Origin: Thermococcus kodakarensis KOD1
GTDB taxonomy: Archaea; Methanobacteriota_B; Thermococci; Thermococcales; Thermococcaceae
Direction: 5' to 3'
Length of the DNA: 32,000 bases
Assembly: GCF_000009965.1 (NCBI RefSeq)
Contig: NC_006624.1
Span: 1-32,000 of the forward strand
A program made the translations under genes and the position numbers. A model generated the notes under the pieces. The model searched no databases. It had not been told where the DNA came from and saw nothing but the letters and a program-made list of their open reading frames with translations. Shown here piece by piece: positions 20,187 through 29,403 of this stretch (positions within the stretch are counted from its first letter, which is position 1; each line of letters begins with the position of its first letter).

Positions 20187-21172
20187 ATCACCCCCAAGGA
20201 GCCTTCCCTTTCAACCCTCTGCCCTTCGAGGGCCTTACTGCCGGCGACCCAGCCGAGGGCAGCTCCACCAACCATCACCAGTATTCCGAAGACCGGCGAT
20301 GTTGAGACCAATGCCCCGCCGAAGGCCGCTATCAGCGCCCCGACCCCTGCCCCTGCCAGGTATTCGGCTCTTCTGAACAGGTTCATCGGCTCGGTGGCAG
20401 CGACTGCCTTTCCATCCCAGCCCGCGAAGACCGTCTGGAATATCGAGTTGCTGTACCTGTAGTAGATTGTCCACAGAGGAAGGAGGATGAGCCTGACGTT
20501 CTCCGGTTCTGATGCGTGTATATCAAACCGCTCTATCCTGTCGGATTTCGCTAAAAAGCGGTTCCTTATCACGTCCACGGCGTCTTCCCTCATCATGAGC
20601 TTCGCGTGGAGCTCATCCATCTCCGTGTTGAGGATTTCGAGCTTTATTTTGCTCCAGCTCTCCTCGTCGAGGTCAAGGAGTTTTTTCTCCTTCGGCCTGC
20701 TCTTTGAGAAGTGCTTTACCATATCTTCAACGCCGAGGCTCTTTACTTGCCTCCTGGCCGAGCCGAGGAGTGAAAGGTTCTCGTTCACCCTCTCCGTGTA
20801 GTGCCTCTCGACCGTGTGGCAGTGGGTATTTCCTTTGGAATCCGTGTGGCACTCCTGCTCGCGCTTCATGTACCTTACAGTTCCCTCAACGTGCACCTTT
20901 CCTGCCCAGTAGGGGGCGTAGTGCCCTTCTATCCCGACTATCTGGATGTCATCCTTTATCCTTCTCAGGTCGAAGTCCTTCTCGACCCTCTTCCAGAAGG
21001 ATTGGGCTATCGCGTTCTTGTCGAGGGAGGGGACGATGTAGATGTTCTCGGTCTTTATGTTGCCACTTATATGGTTCGGATAACCGCAGTAGGGACAGAC
21101 CGCGATTATCGTTTCGGGAGAAACCTCAAGCGGCGCCCCACAGCGCTCACACCTAAAAGTGAACTCCTCCAT
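20183..21172 (-). CDS. Zinc-ribbon plus C-terminal transmembrane protein, paralogue-like to the downstream gene
   Basis: FRCERCGAPLEVSPETIIAVCPYCGYPNHISG; C-terminal AGAGVGALIAAFGGALVSTSPVFGILVMVGGAALGWVAG. 4-nt ATGA overlap with the downstream gene. Confidence 0.85.
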   Translation of the reverse strand: MEEFTFRCERCGAPLEVSPETIIAVCPYCGYPNHISGNIKTENIYIVPSLDKNAIAQSFWKRVEKDFDLRRIKDDIQIVGIEGHYAPYWAGKVHVEGTVRYMKREQECHTDSKGNTHCHTVERHYTERVNENLSLLGSARRQVKSLGVEDMVKHFSKSRPKEKKLLDLDEESWSKIKLEILNTEMDELHAKLMMREDAVDVIRNRFLAKSDRIERFDIHASEPENVRLILLPLWTIYYRYSNSIFQTVFAGWDGKAVAATEPMNLFRRAEYLAGAGVGALIAAFGGALVSTSPVFGILVMVGGAALGWVAGSKALEGQRVEREGSLGVI

Positions 21173-21265
21173 GTTGACCACTCTCATAGTTAGTAAAGGA
21201 CTTTAGAGTTTTTAAGGATATTTTAAAAGAAAAACCGAGGCGTTATGACGACTGTTAAACTCCCA

Positions 21266-21919
21266 TTATAACATGCCTTTAACAAGCTCCACGAGCTCCC
21301 AGAGGTCTTTCACGTAGTAGTCTGCTCCTTCAACCTTTCCAAACCTGATCATGTTTACGGCATTAACTCCAGCCCCGTGAGCTGCTAGGACGTCGTTCGA
21401 ACTGTCGCCCACAACTATAGCCTCCTCTGGCCGGAGATTGAGCATTCTGAGCGCCTTTTGAATCAGATACGGATTGGGCTTCACCCCGTCGAGATTCGAG
21501 TAGTCCTTCCCGAGAACGAGGTCAAAGTACTTATTGAGGTCAAAGGCCCTCAGTACGAGGAGGGTGTTCCCAAGGGAGGCGTTGCTCACTGCCGCGAGCT
21601 TAAGGTTCAGTTTTTTCAGCTCTTCGAGTGCCAAAACGTCGGGAAAAGCCTTTATCTTCCTCTCGGCGAGCATTTTCTTCCGATATCTGTTATTCGCTGC
21701 GTCAATGATTTTCCACAGTTCCACCGGGTCTATGCCGAGTTTCTTCACGTAAGTCCTGGGGAGCTCCAGACGGGCGGTCTTGGAGTAGAGCTCGTAGTCA
21801 AGGTTTATTCCGTGTTTTTCAAGCTCCCGCTTTACCCACTCCTCGAACCATTTTTTTGGGTCGTAGCCCTCATAATAAACGAGTGTCTCGTCAACGTCGA
21901 AGATAACACCCCTCAGCAT
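21266..21919 (-). CDS. HAD-superfamily hydrolase
   Basis: Motif I GVIFDVDETLVYYEGY, motif II LAAVSNAS, motif IV AIVVGDSSNDVLAAHGAG. Confidence 0.93.
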   Translation of the reverse strand: MLRGVIFDVDETLVYYEGYDPKKWFEEWVKRELEKHGINLDYELYSKTARLELPRTYVKKLGIDPVELWKIIDAANNRYRKKMLAERKIKAFPDVLALEELKKLNLKLAAVSNASLGNTLLVLRAFDLNKYFDLVLGKDYSNLDGVKPNPYLIQKALRMLNLRPEEAIVVGDSSNDVLAAHGAGVNAVNMIRFGKVEGADYYVKDLWELVELVKGML

Positions 21920-22569
21920 TTCAGCTCACCGAGCTTGTCCTTAATCTCAACGGGAAGGCTATCGTAGACCTCTTTTAGGGCCTCTATCAAGTCCTTCAGC
22001 TCTTTGGCGGTCAGCGTTGTTGTCTTCGGGCCGATTTCAAGGATGAGGGCATCGTACTCCCCAGGTGAGACCTCCTCAAGCTCATCCAGATGTTCGCTCC
22101 TCCGCGGGATGATGTTCACCTCACCTATCATTCTGCCCTCCCGTATGTGGGCTTCCCGTTCCTCTATGGGGACTTCCTTGGGACAGTCGTAGCGCTCGAC
22201 GAATATCTTTATGTCCACCACGGGCGTTCCGTCGTGAGCATCAATCCAATCAATATAGAGCCTGTTTTCATCTATTCTGTGTACCCTGACTGTGTAGAGT
22301 GCTATCGGGTTCGGTCTGTACGGTGAGCGCGTCGCGAAAACCCCAGTGAGCGGGTTCTTTGGGTTGCCGTAGGGATGAACCTTAAGAACCCTCCGCCTGG
22401 CAGGGGTGTCGCTCTCGTGGAACCACAGGACGAGCTTTATCCAGTCCCCCTCACGGAGACCATCAATGGCCCCTCTGAACTCGGGAAGGATTTCAATGAA
22501 CGTCTCATGAAGCTCCTCGTCCTTTCTCACGTAGCCGAGGGGGACTATTTTGAGGGGCTCGAACTCCAT
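21913..22569 (-). CDS. TsaA/TrmO-like tRNA (t6A37) N6-methyltransferase family protein
   Basis: DWIKLVLWFHES...VFATRSPYRPNPIALYTVRVHRIDENRLYIDWIDAHDGTPVVDIKIF family signature. Confidence 0.88.
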   Translation of the reverse strand: MEFEPLKIVPLGYVRKDEELHETFIEILPEFRGAIDGLREGDWIKLVLWFHESDTPARRRVLKVHPYGNPKNPLTGVFATRSPYRPNPIALYTVRVHRIDENRLYIDWIDAHDGTPVVDIKIFVERYDCPKEVPIEEREAHIREGRMIGEVNIIPRRSEHLDELEEVSPGEYDALILEIGPKTTTLTAKELKDLIEALKEVYDSLPVEIKDKLGELKC

Positions 22570-22596
22570 ACTCCCACCTCAAAAATGGAAAGGGAG

Positions 22597-23862
22597 TCAG
22601 GTGCCGTGCTCCCAGCTTTCCAGATATTTCTTTTGCTCTTCTGTGAGTTCCTCAATTTTTATCCCCATCGAGGCGAGCTTTATCCTCGCCACCATCTCGT
22701 CTATCTCCCTCGGAAGAACGTAGACCTTCGGCTCAAGCCTTCCGCGGTTCTCCTTGATGTACTCAGCGGCTTTCGCCTGGAGCGCGAAGCTCATGTCCAT
22801 TATCTCCGCTGGATGACCGTCGGCAGCGGCTAGATTCACAAGCCTGCCCTCAGCCAGGAGGTAGAGCCTCCTCCCGTCTGCCATTTTGTACTCTGTGATG
22901 TTCGGCCTTGGCTCGCTTATCTCAACTGCGAGGGCCTCAAGGTCAGGCTTTGAAATCTCGACATCGAAGTGGCCGGCGTTGGCGAGAATAGCTCCGTCCT
23001 TCATGAGCTCGAAGTGCTCCTTCCTTATGCAGTTGATGTCTCCGGTGGCAGTTATGAAGATGTCCCCTACCTTCGCCGCCTCCATCATGTCCATGACGAG
23101 GAATCCGTCCATTCTGGCTTCTAGAGCCCTTATTGGGTCAACCTCAACGACGATAACGGTCGCTCCAAGTCCCCTCGCGCGCATTGCTATGCCCCTGCCG
23201 CACCAGCCATAGCCGACAACAACGACGTTCTTTCCAGCGACGAGGAGGTTAGTAGTCCTTATGATGCCGTCCCAGGTGGACTGACCGGTTCCATAGCGGT
23301 TGTCGAAGAGGTATTTGGTGTAGGAATCGTTGACCGCTATGATCGGGAACTTGAGGACGCCATCCTTCTCCATGGCACGGAGCCTTATGACGCCGGTTGT
23401 GGTTTCCTCGCTTGCCCCCCATATTTCGGGAATCAGCTCCTGCCTCTCCTTCAAAACCGTGCTCACCATATCCGCTCCGTCGTCTATGATGATGTTCGGT
23501 TTTACGTCGAGGGCCTTGTGCATGAACTCGTAGTACTGCTCCCTGTCCTCTCCCCTTATAGCGTAGACCTTGACCCCCGCCTTTGCCAGAGCGGCAACTA
23601 CATCGTCCTGGGTGGAGAGTGGGTTGCTGGCAGCTGCCGAAACCTCGGCTCCAGCCGCTTTCAGCGTCAGAAGCAGAAAGGCAGTCTTCATCTCAAGGTG
23701 TAGAGTCGCTGCTATCCTAACGCCCTTAAACGGTTTCCTCTCTTCAAAGTCCTTCCTGATGTGCTGGAGAACCGGCATGAAGCGGGAGACCCAGTCTATC
23801 TTCTTCTCCCCGCTCGGTGCCAGGGAGATGTCCTTAACGCAGTAATCCTTCGTGCAGTCCAT
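22597..23862 (-). CDS. ahcY: Adenosylhomocysteinase (S-adenosyl-L-homocysteine hydrolase)
   Basis: [82 protein letters not shown]. Internal ATG 23862 preferred over the long ORF extension. Confidence 0.97.
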   Translation of the reverse strand: MDCTKDYCVKDISLAPSGEKKIDWVSRFMPVLQHIRKDFEERKPFKGVRIAATLHLEMKTAFLLLTLKAAGAEVSAAASNPLSTQDDVVAALAKAGVKVYAIRGEDREQYYEFMHKALDVKPNIIIDDGADMVSTVLKERQELIPEIWGASEETTTGVIRLRAMEKDGVLKFPIIAVNDSYTKYLFDNRYGTGQSTWDGIIRTTNLLVAGKNVVVVGYGWCGRGIAMRARGLGATVIVVEVDPIRALEARMDGFLVMDMMEAAKVGDIFITATGDINCIRKEHFELMKDGAILANAGHFDVEISKPDLEALAVEISEPRPNITEYKMADGRRLYLLAEGRLVNLAAADGHPAEIMDMSFALQAKAAEYIKENRGRLEPKVYVLPREIDEMVARIKLASMGIKIEELTEEQKKYLESWEHGT

Positions 23863-23955
23863 AAACTTCACCGCCCTTAACTCAACGGAGGAGCTTAAAA
23901 GCCTCTCCCCGGGAAGGTTTATCTGCTTTGAAAACAATCCCCTTTGGTGAAAACG

Positions 23956-24834
23956 ATGGGAGTTAGAAAGCTCGGAGACAGCGCTTACCTCTACCCAGGA
24001 AGTCCCTCGACTCTTATTCGGATTCATGAGGGAAATGCCGTCCTCGTTGATCCCGGCCACGGAAGCGGGAGGCACAAGGACCTGAGGAGGGAAGTCGGGA
24101 AGCTCGGACTTGAGGTAAATCTCCAGCTCGCAACCCACGGGCACGCCGACCACGTCTCGGTATGTCCAAAGATCGACGCTCCCCTCCTCACCCATCGCTT
24201 TGAGTTCTCAATAGCTGAAAGCCCTCTCAACAGGGAGATTCTGACATTTGGCTCAAAGGCTCCAGAGGGGTTTCTGGCCTATGCTTTTCCGGAGGAAGTA
24301 AAAGTTCACGGAGTTTTTGAGTGGGGCGATGAAATAGCCGGCTTAAAGGCAGTTCAGCTCAACGGCCACTCCCCTGGCATGACGGGCTTTTTAGATGAGG
24401 AGAACGGCTTAATTTACGCTGGGGACTCCTTCTTCGGCGAGAGGCTCCTCCAGTCGGTTGGCCTGCCGTACCTCGTGGATGTTGGACTTTTCTGGAAGTC
24501 CCTTGAGACTCTGCGAGAGTATGCAGGCTCAGGCTACCTCCTGATACCATCCCACGGAAAATCAGTCTCGGGTGAAGAAGCCATTGAAACTCTCGAATTC
24601 AATATCAAACGAGTCGAAGACTCTGAGAAGCTTGCCTTGGAGTTCCTCAGAGAACCTCTGACAGTTGACGAGCTTGCTTTCAGGATCATGCGCGCTTTGG
24701 GCGTTGAGCTTACTCCCAAGAAGCTTGCCCTGAACCTTGTGCCTGTGAGGGCCCTAATAGCAGAACTCTACAACAGGGGAGAACTTGAAGCGGTCGTTGA
24801 GAACGGCCTCAAATGGGTTCGGCGGAAGGAATAG
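23956..24834 (+). CDS. MBL-fold metallo-hydrolase
   Basis: [39 protein letters not shown] before ATG 23956. Confidence 0.93.
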   Translation: MGVRKLGDSAYLYPGSPSTLIRIHEGNAVLVDPGHGSGRHKDLRREVGKLGLEVNLQLATHGHADHVSVCPKIDAPLLTHRFEFSIAESPLNREILTFGSKAPEGFLAYAFPEEVKVHGVFEWGDEIAGLKAVQLNGHSPGMTGFLDEENGLIYAGDSFFGERLLQSVGLPYLVDVGLFWKSLETLREYAGSGYLLIPSHGKSVSGEEAIETLEFNIKRVEDSEKLALEFLREPLTVDELAFRIMRALGVELTPKKLALNLVPVRALIAELYNRGELEAVVENGLKWVRRKE

Positions 24835-24881
24835 TCCGAAAAGGTTTATATGGATTAGCTCAAAATTTCAGTGGTGGGTCT

Positions 24882-25451
24882 ATGATAGTTGACCTTTCCC
24901 TTTCCCTCAATGAGGAGACGCCAGTTTATCCCGGCGACCCGGAGATAAAGGTTCGTCCGTGGGCTTTCATAGATACTGACGGCTACTACATGAACGTCAT
25001 AAAGATGGGAGAGCACTCAGGAACGCATGTGGATGCCCCAGCCCACTTTGTTCCCGGCGGAAAGACCGTGGATGAGCTTCCACTCGATAAGTTCATCGGC
25101 AAAGCTTTTGTCATCGATGTACGTGGTGGGGAGGGCCCTGTCAGGCTTGAAGAAATCCCCGACTCTGGCTATTACGGCAAGATAGTCCTGTTCCTCACCG
25201 GCGGCAGGGAGCTTTCCCCGGAGGTTGCCCTCTTCCTCGTTGCCGAGGGAGTTAAGGCCGTTGGAACCGACCACATGACGATAGGGGACGAGACGACCCA
25301 TACAATCTTTCTCTCAGAGGAAATTCCAATCTTCGAGAACTTGGCAAACCTTGAAGAAGTCCTTGGAAGGGAGTTCACGTTCATAGCGTTCCCGCTGAAG
25401 ATAGAAGGTGGCTCAGGAAGTCCAGTCAGGGCCGTTGCCATTCTCGGTTGA
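24882..25451 (+). CDS. Cyclase / kynurenine formamidase-like hydrolase
   Basis: MIVDLSLSLNEETPVYPGDPEI...MGEHSGTHVDAPAHFVPGGKTVDELPLDKFIG signature. GGTGG ribosome-binding site; TATA-like AGGTTTATATG at about 24842. Confidence 0.93.
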   Translation: MIVDLSLSLNEETPVYPGDPEIKVRPWAFIDTDGYYMNVIKMGEHSGTHVDAPAHFVPGGKTVDELPLDKFIGKAFVIDVRGGEGPVRLEEIPDSGYYGKIVLFLTGGRELSPEVALFLVAEGVKAVGTDHMTIGDETTHTIFLSEEIPIFENLANLEEVLGREFTFIAFPLKIEGGSGSPVRAVAILG

Positions 25452-25811
25452 TTTAGAGGCATACTTCCTCCGAGCTTTCTTCTCCCTCAGGTATGGATAG
25501 CGCATTATGTTGCCGCAGTTCAGACACGTTATAACGACGTGGGGATAGGGCTTGTCCCTGAGTCTAACCCTCGCGTTCACACCCGGGACGAGGAAGGAGT
25601 GGCATTTCTTGCAGTAGCGCCTTTTCCATTTCCTCGGCATCCTTATCTTGGCCTTCTGTTGAACAGAAAGGGCTATTTCCACGTACCTGTTGGCCAGCTC
25701 TGGCGAATACGGGAAGACCCTCTCCGCGAGTGTGAAAAGGGTTTCCACCCTCTCGCGGGCTATCCTCTTCTTTTCCCTCTGCTCCTTTCTCCTGATGTCT
25801 TTTTTCCCCAT
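25413..25811 (-). CDS. rnp4: Ribonuclease P protein component 4 (Rpp21/Rpr2 family)
   Basis: YCKKCHSFLVPGVNARVRLRDKPYPHVVITCLNCGNIMRYPYLREKKARRKY. 3' end overlaps the convergent cyclase gene by 39 nt. Confidence 0.93.
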   Translation of the reverse strand: MGKKDIRRKEQREKKRIARERVETLFTLAERVFPYSPELANRYVEIALSVQQKAKIRMPRKWKRRYCKKCHSFLVPGVNARVRLRDKPYPHVVITCLNCGNIMRYPYLREKKARRKYASKSTENGNGPDWTS

Positions 25812-25812
25812 G

Positions 25813-27315
25813 CTACCACCTTATTAGCCTGAGCTTACCCTGGAGAGGTTCGTAAAGGTAGCCCTCGCGGAGGAGGTTATCTACTATCTCCTCGGCCTTA
25901 CCCTTAGCAATCCCGTACTCTACAAGTGCACTTATGAACTCTTCCCTCGAAACTGTGCCGTCCTTCCTCGTTGCCTCTAGGTCAGCAAAGATTCCGAGTG
26001 CCCTGCCGGCGAGCTTATCACTCCCGACGTACCGCTCATATTCCCTCACAAGCCTCAGCTTCTCCCTTTCGGGGAGTTCGTTTACCCAGAGGTCGGTGAG
26101 TTCCTGGTAAATCCCGATTAGGTCAGTTATCAGCGGCTTTGAGAGCCGTCCCTCCAGACGGGCCATTGAACCCAACAGCCTCGCTCCCAGACGGTAGCGC
26201 AGGTTCGCGTTGAAGACCTTCCCGGAGAGGGTGAGCGCATCGAACAGCTCGCCGTACTCCCGTCTGTTCTTTGCGAGAAAACTCTCAAATTTTCTTCCAT
26301 AATCCTTAAGCTCCCAGGGGTTTAGGGTACCGAGCCTTTCCCTGGCGAGCATTACGGTAACTATCAGGTTTGGGATCAGCTCCTCAAGCTCCCTGTTTTT
26401 TTCATAACTTACTGGCTCTGTCAGGACAAACGGCGTTTCAGCCAACAGCGCTGCTTCATCCTCGGGTCTTATCCCTGCTCTCGGCGTAAGGAAAGTTGCC
26501 TCCTTTTTCTCAAAGGTTTTCAGAGCCCACTTCGGGACTGGAACTTCACTTTCTAGCAGGGTCTTGTTGTGGGGGACATAGTAAAGGGGGCCCGCTCTTG
26601 ATGGCCGCGTGAACCTGAAGTCTATTCCGAGAAGTCCGTCGTCCTTAACTTCTCCCCATCTGTCCCTCCGCAACTGCATCTCCCAAGGAAGAAGAGAGTA
26701 GATGTATTTTAGAGCCTCCCACAGGGAAAGCGTGACGTTCTTTGAGCCATCGAGTCCTTTGAACCCTGAAAGTGTGAACCCATCAAGCCAGTTCGTACCC
26801 ACCACAAAAGGTGCTGTAAGGATGGAATACATAATTGCCCTCTCTAACTCGTAGCTGGCGTAGATAGTATCCGAGACTAAGTTCTCAAGTTCGCTTTTTG
26901 ACAGCGCCAGCGAACGGTAGTCCTTCCAGTATTCGGAGTAGTCAGCAGGCGATATTCTCCTCGCGTGGAGCAGTCTCAGAGTTCCGAAAGGATAAGCGTC
27001 GAGTATTCCCTCAGCCTCTACGTATTCACCAGGTTGTATCCTTGCGTCTATTCTTGTGTCCTCGTTTATCTTGACGACGAGGTAAGCCCTGGGTTCGCGG
27101 TAGCTTTTCATCTCGGAGGGAGCGAGTGGAGAGAGCAGGTAGTAAATCCCGTCTCTGGGCGCGTTTGGAGGTTTTCTCAGAATAATGAATCCTCTAACTC
27201 TGATATCCTCTCCATTTTTGGTCCTTTGCAGGGTTTTAAGGAAGTCTTTAACCTTTCTTTCAGGGGTTAATGCGGGCTTTCTCTCAAGGTGAATTAGTTT
27301 TATGAGCTCCTCCAT
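25813..27315 (-). CDS. Hypothetical protein; possible degenerate MCM-like protein (OB-like N-terminus, winged-helix C-terminus)
   Basis: True start judged MEELIKLIHLERK at 27315 because the ORF extension to 27396 runs into the 5S rRNA gene. C-terminus ATRKDGTVSREEFISALVEYGIAKGKAEEIVDNLLREGYLYEPLQGKLRLI resembles an MCM winged helix. Confidence 0.8.
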   Translation of the reverse strand: MEELIKLIHLERKPALTPERKVKDFLKTLQRTKNGEDIRVRGFIILRKPPNAPRDGIYYLLSPLAPSEMKSYREPRAYLVVKINEDTRIDARIQPGEYVEAEGILDAYPFGTLRLLHARRISPADYSEYWKDYRSLALSKSELENLVSDTIYASYELERAIMYSILTAPFVVGTNWLDGFTLSGFKGLDGSKNVTLSLWEALKYIYSLLPWEMQLRRDRWGEVKDDGLLGIDFRFTRPSRAGPLYYVPHNKTLLESEVPVPKWALKTFEKKEATFLTPRAGIRPEDEAALLAETPFVLTEPVSYEKNRELEELIPNLIVTVMLARERLGTLNPWELKDYGRKFESFLAKNRREYGELFDALTLSGKVFNANLRYRLGARLLGSMARLEGRLSKPLITDLIGIYQELTDLWVNELPEREKLRLVREYERYVGSDKLAGRALGIFADLEATRKDGTVSREEFISALVEYGIAKGKAEEIVDNLLREGYLYEPLQGKLRLIRW

Positions 27316-27335
27316 CGTGACTCGCTTGACCGTAA

Positions 27336-27345
27336 AGTTTATAAA
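27336..27345 (+). promoter_or_regulatory. TATA-like element of the 5S rRNA gene
   Basis: AGTTTATAAAG centred about 27 nt upstream of the apparent 5S start. Confidence 0.6.
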
Positions 27346-27366
27346 GTCATCTTTGGAGCAATACTC

Positions 27367-27493
27367 GGTACGGCGGCCATAGCGGCGGGGCCACACCCGG
27401 TCTCGTTTCGACCCCGGAAGTTAAGCCCGCCAGCGTTCCCGGGTGTACTGCCCTCCGAGAGGGGGCGGGAAACCGGGAACGCCGCCGGCCACT
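27367..27493 (+). rRNA. rrf: 5S ribosomal RNA (orphan, not adjacent to 16S/23S in this window); ends approximate
   Basis: ggtacggcggccatagcggcggggccacacccggtctcgtttcgaccccggaagttaagcccgccagcg...gggaacgccgccggccact. Helix I cggcggc (27371-27377) pairs with gccgccg (27481-27487); canonical archaeal 5S core. Confidence 0.96.
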
Positions 27494-27564
27494 AACCTTC
27501 TGTCGTAATTATCTACACAAAAGCTATTTAAATTTTGAAACGTTACTGTTTCTGGTCGGTTGTT

Positions 27565-28620
27565 ATGCTCGGCAAATCCAAGGGGGGCAAGGGGGATTGG
27601 GATTACATAGTTCAGAATCATCCGGAGATAATTGAGGAACTGAAGAGTTTACACAATTGGGACGAGATTAAGTCGATTATTCCCGAGGCGGAAAACCTAG
27701 GAGCTTATCATCTGATATCCCTCCAGGCCATAGCCGCCCTTATCCGGGAGCTTAAAATTCAGAGGGGGCACCTTAGTGAGAGAATAGAGAGGCTGTCCTC
27801 TAATCTTGACTACTTCCACAGCACCCAGCGGGAGCAGAATACTTCTTTTGAAAAGCGCCTGAAGGAGCTTGAGGACAGGATTTCCACCCTGGAACAGAGA
27901 ACCCTCTTTATGGACAGCGTGGAGGCGATAATTCCCCGCATGAACGAGCTTGAGGAGAAGCTTGAGGGGCTTCCTGCTGAGCTCTATAAAAGGCTGGAGG
28001 GCGCCTATTCTCAGAAGCTTGATGAGGAAATGAGGAAGATAGTTGCCGAAAAGGTTGAGGAGCTTAAGAAGGAGCTAGAGCAGGAGACGCTCTCGGTGGG
28101 TGTTGAACTTGCAAGAACACTCAAAGAGATTCAGGAGCACTACGAACGGCTCGTCCAGGAAAACGTCAAGTTGAAGGGCCTTGCCAGGGAAAATGAAGCC
28201 CTGAAAAGAGAGCTGCTCGAAAAGGAGAGGGAGCTTGAGGAACTGAGAAAGAGACTGGCATTGATGGATGAAATGACCATGCGGGTTGAGAAGCTGGGAG
28301 AAAAGATTAACGCCTATGAGGTCCAGCTTAGGAAAATGAAGGCAGTTGAAAAGCAGCTGCTTGAGATTACCGGTGCCAGGGATGTTTCTTCTGCCATTGA
28401 GATAATCAAGAAGGAATTCATTCCGCGCTCGAAGTTTGAGAAGATTCTGGGAGAGGTAAAGGCGGCAGTGGCGGAGATGGACGTTTTAAAGGAGGAAAAC
28501 GAGAGACTGCGTAGGGAGAATGAAAAGCTCAAAGATGCCCTTAAGATGCTCCTCCAGGAGAGGACTTCGAGCGAGAACACTGAGCAGGAATCACTCCTTC
28601 TCAAGGAGGAGGAGTCTTGA
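27565..28620 (+). CDS. Coiled-coil hypothetical protein
   Basis: Long heptad-rich region (LSSNLDYFHSTQREQNTSFEKRLKELEDRISTLEQRT... through ENERLRRENEKLKDALKMLLQER). ATG at 27565 chosen. Confidence 0.8.
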   Translation: MLGKSKGGKGDWDYIVQNHPEIIEELKSLHNWDEIKSIIPEAENLGAYHLISLQAIAALIRELKIQRGHLSERIERLSSNLDYFHSTQREQNTSFEKRLKELEDRISTLEQRTLFMDSVEAIIPRMNELEEKLEGLPAELYKRLEGAYSQKLDEEMRKIVAEKVEELKKELEQETLSVGVELARTLKEIQEHYERLVQENVKLKGLARENEALKRELLEKERELEELRKRLALMDEMTMRVEKLGEKINAYEVQLRKMKAVEKQLLEITGARDVSSAIEIIKKEFIPRSKFEKILGEVKAAVAEMDVLKEENERLRRENEKLKDALKMLLQERTSSENTEQESLLLKEEES

Positions 28621-29334
28621 GAGGGCTTCCTCGACTTTGTGCTTTACTAGGTCGCTTGGGTCTTTCATTTCCTTGAGCTTTTCGATGACTATAGCACGAA
28701 GCTTCTTGTTTTTCTCCGCCAGCTTCTCAAGGGTCTCGACTGCACTCGCGCGAACAACCTCGTCCTTGTCATTTAGGAGCGCAAAGAGCTTTGGAAGGAA
28801 CGGAGTCACATACTTAAGCCCGTTATCCCCAAGTGCTGCGATGAAGTTGAGGGCGGCGAGCTTGTCTGCATTGTTCTTTGATGTGAGCAATATTCCTATG
28901 TCTTTGAAAACTCCGCTGAGGAGTGATGGGTTTGCCCTCATGATTTCTTCAAGCACGTAAGTCATGTTTATCTTAATCTTTGGATCACCAAGGCGGTAGT
29001 TTGCGAAGATTATCGGCACAACTTTTCTGACTTCCTCGGGGTTAATCCTTGCCAGTAAGCCGAATGTTCTTGCTATTTCCTGAGTTAGTGGAACGGCCTC
29101 ACTCTTCCGAACCATGACCATTAGTTTCGTAACAAGGGCTTCCTGGAGTGAGGGTATTTCCTCCATTATTGCAGAAATAACTCTGAGTGCGTTTTTCTGA
29201 ACCGTCCAGAGATCATCGTCGAGGAGACTGATTACCTCTTTGAGGAACTCTCTGTCGATGATGGCCCGTGCTATTATCTCCTGTATCTGTTCTCCTGTTG
29301 CTAGGACCTCCCTGAGGTCCAGCTCTTTTTCCAT
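28591..29334 (-). CDS. HEAT-repeat protein
   Basis: Repeated LDDDLWTVQKNALRVISAIMEE, DPKIKINMTYVLEEIM, NNADKLAALNFIAALGD, DKDEVVRASAVETLEKLAE. Confidence 0.85.
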   Translation of the reverse strand: MEKELDLREVLATGEQIQEIIARAIIDREFLKEVISLLDDDLWTVQKNALRVISAIMEEIPSLQEALVTKLMVMVRKSEAVPLTQEIARTFGLLARINPEEVRKVVPIIFANYRLGDPKIKINMTYVLEEIMRANPSLLSGVFKDIGILLTSKNNADKLAALNFIAALGDNGLKYVTPFLPKLFALLNDKDEVVRASAVETLEKLAEKNKKLRAIVIEKLKEMKDPSDLVKHKVEEALSRLLLLEKE

Positions 29335-29403
29335 CTTCCCACCACGGTAGAGATCGGCAAGGTTTTATATTAATCTTTTCATTACCTTTTCTTGGTGAAA
29401 ACC

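Noticed and set aside
20704-21156. 150 aa plus-strand ORF rich in Arg/Ser/Pro, plus other similar ORFs opposite the zinc-ribbon genes
   Set aside because: Antisense to supported coding sequence, with biased composition expected from the complementary strand of high-GC codons.
23863-24195. 111 aa N-terminal extension of the SAH hydrolase ORF
   Set aside because: Overlaps the divergent MBL-fold gene and its promoter and is not part of the SAH hydrolase family; start taken at 23862.
27316-27396. N-terminal extension MWPRRYGRRTEYCSKDDFINFTVKRVT of the MCM-like ORF
   Set aside because: It is the reverse complement of the 5S rRNA 5' region and promoter; real start taken as ATG 27315.
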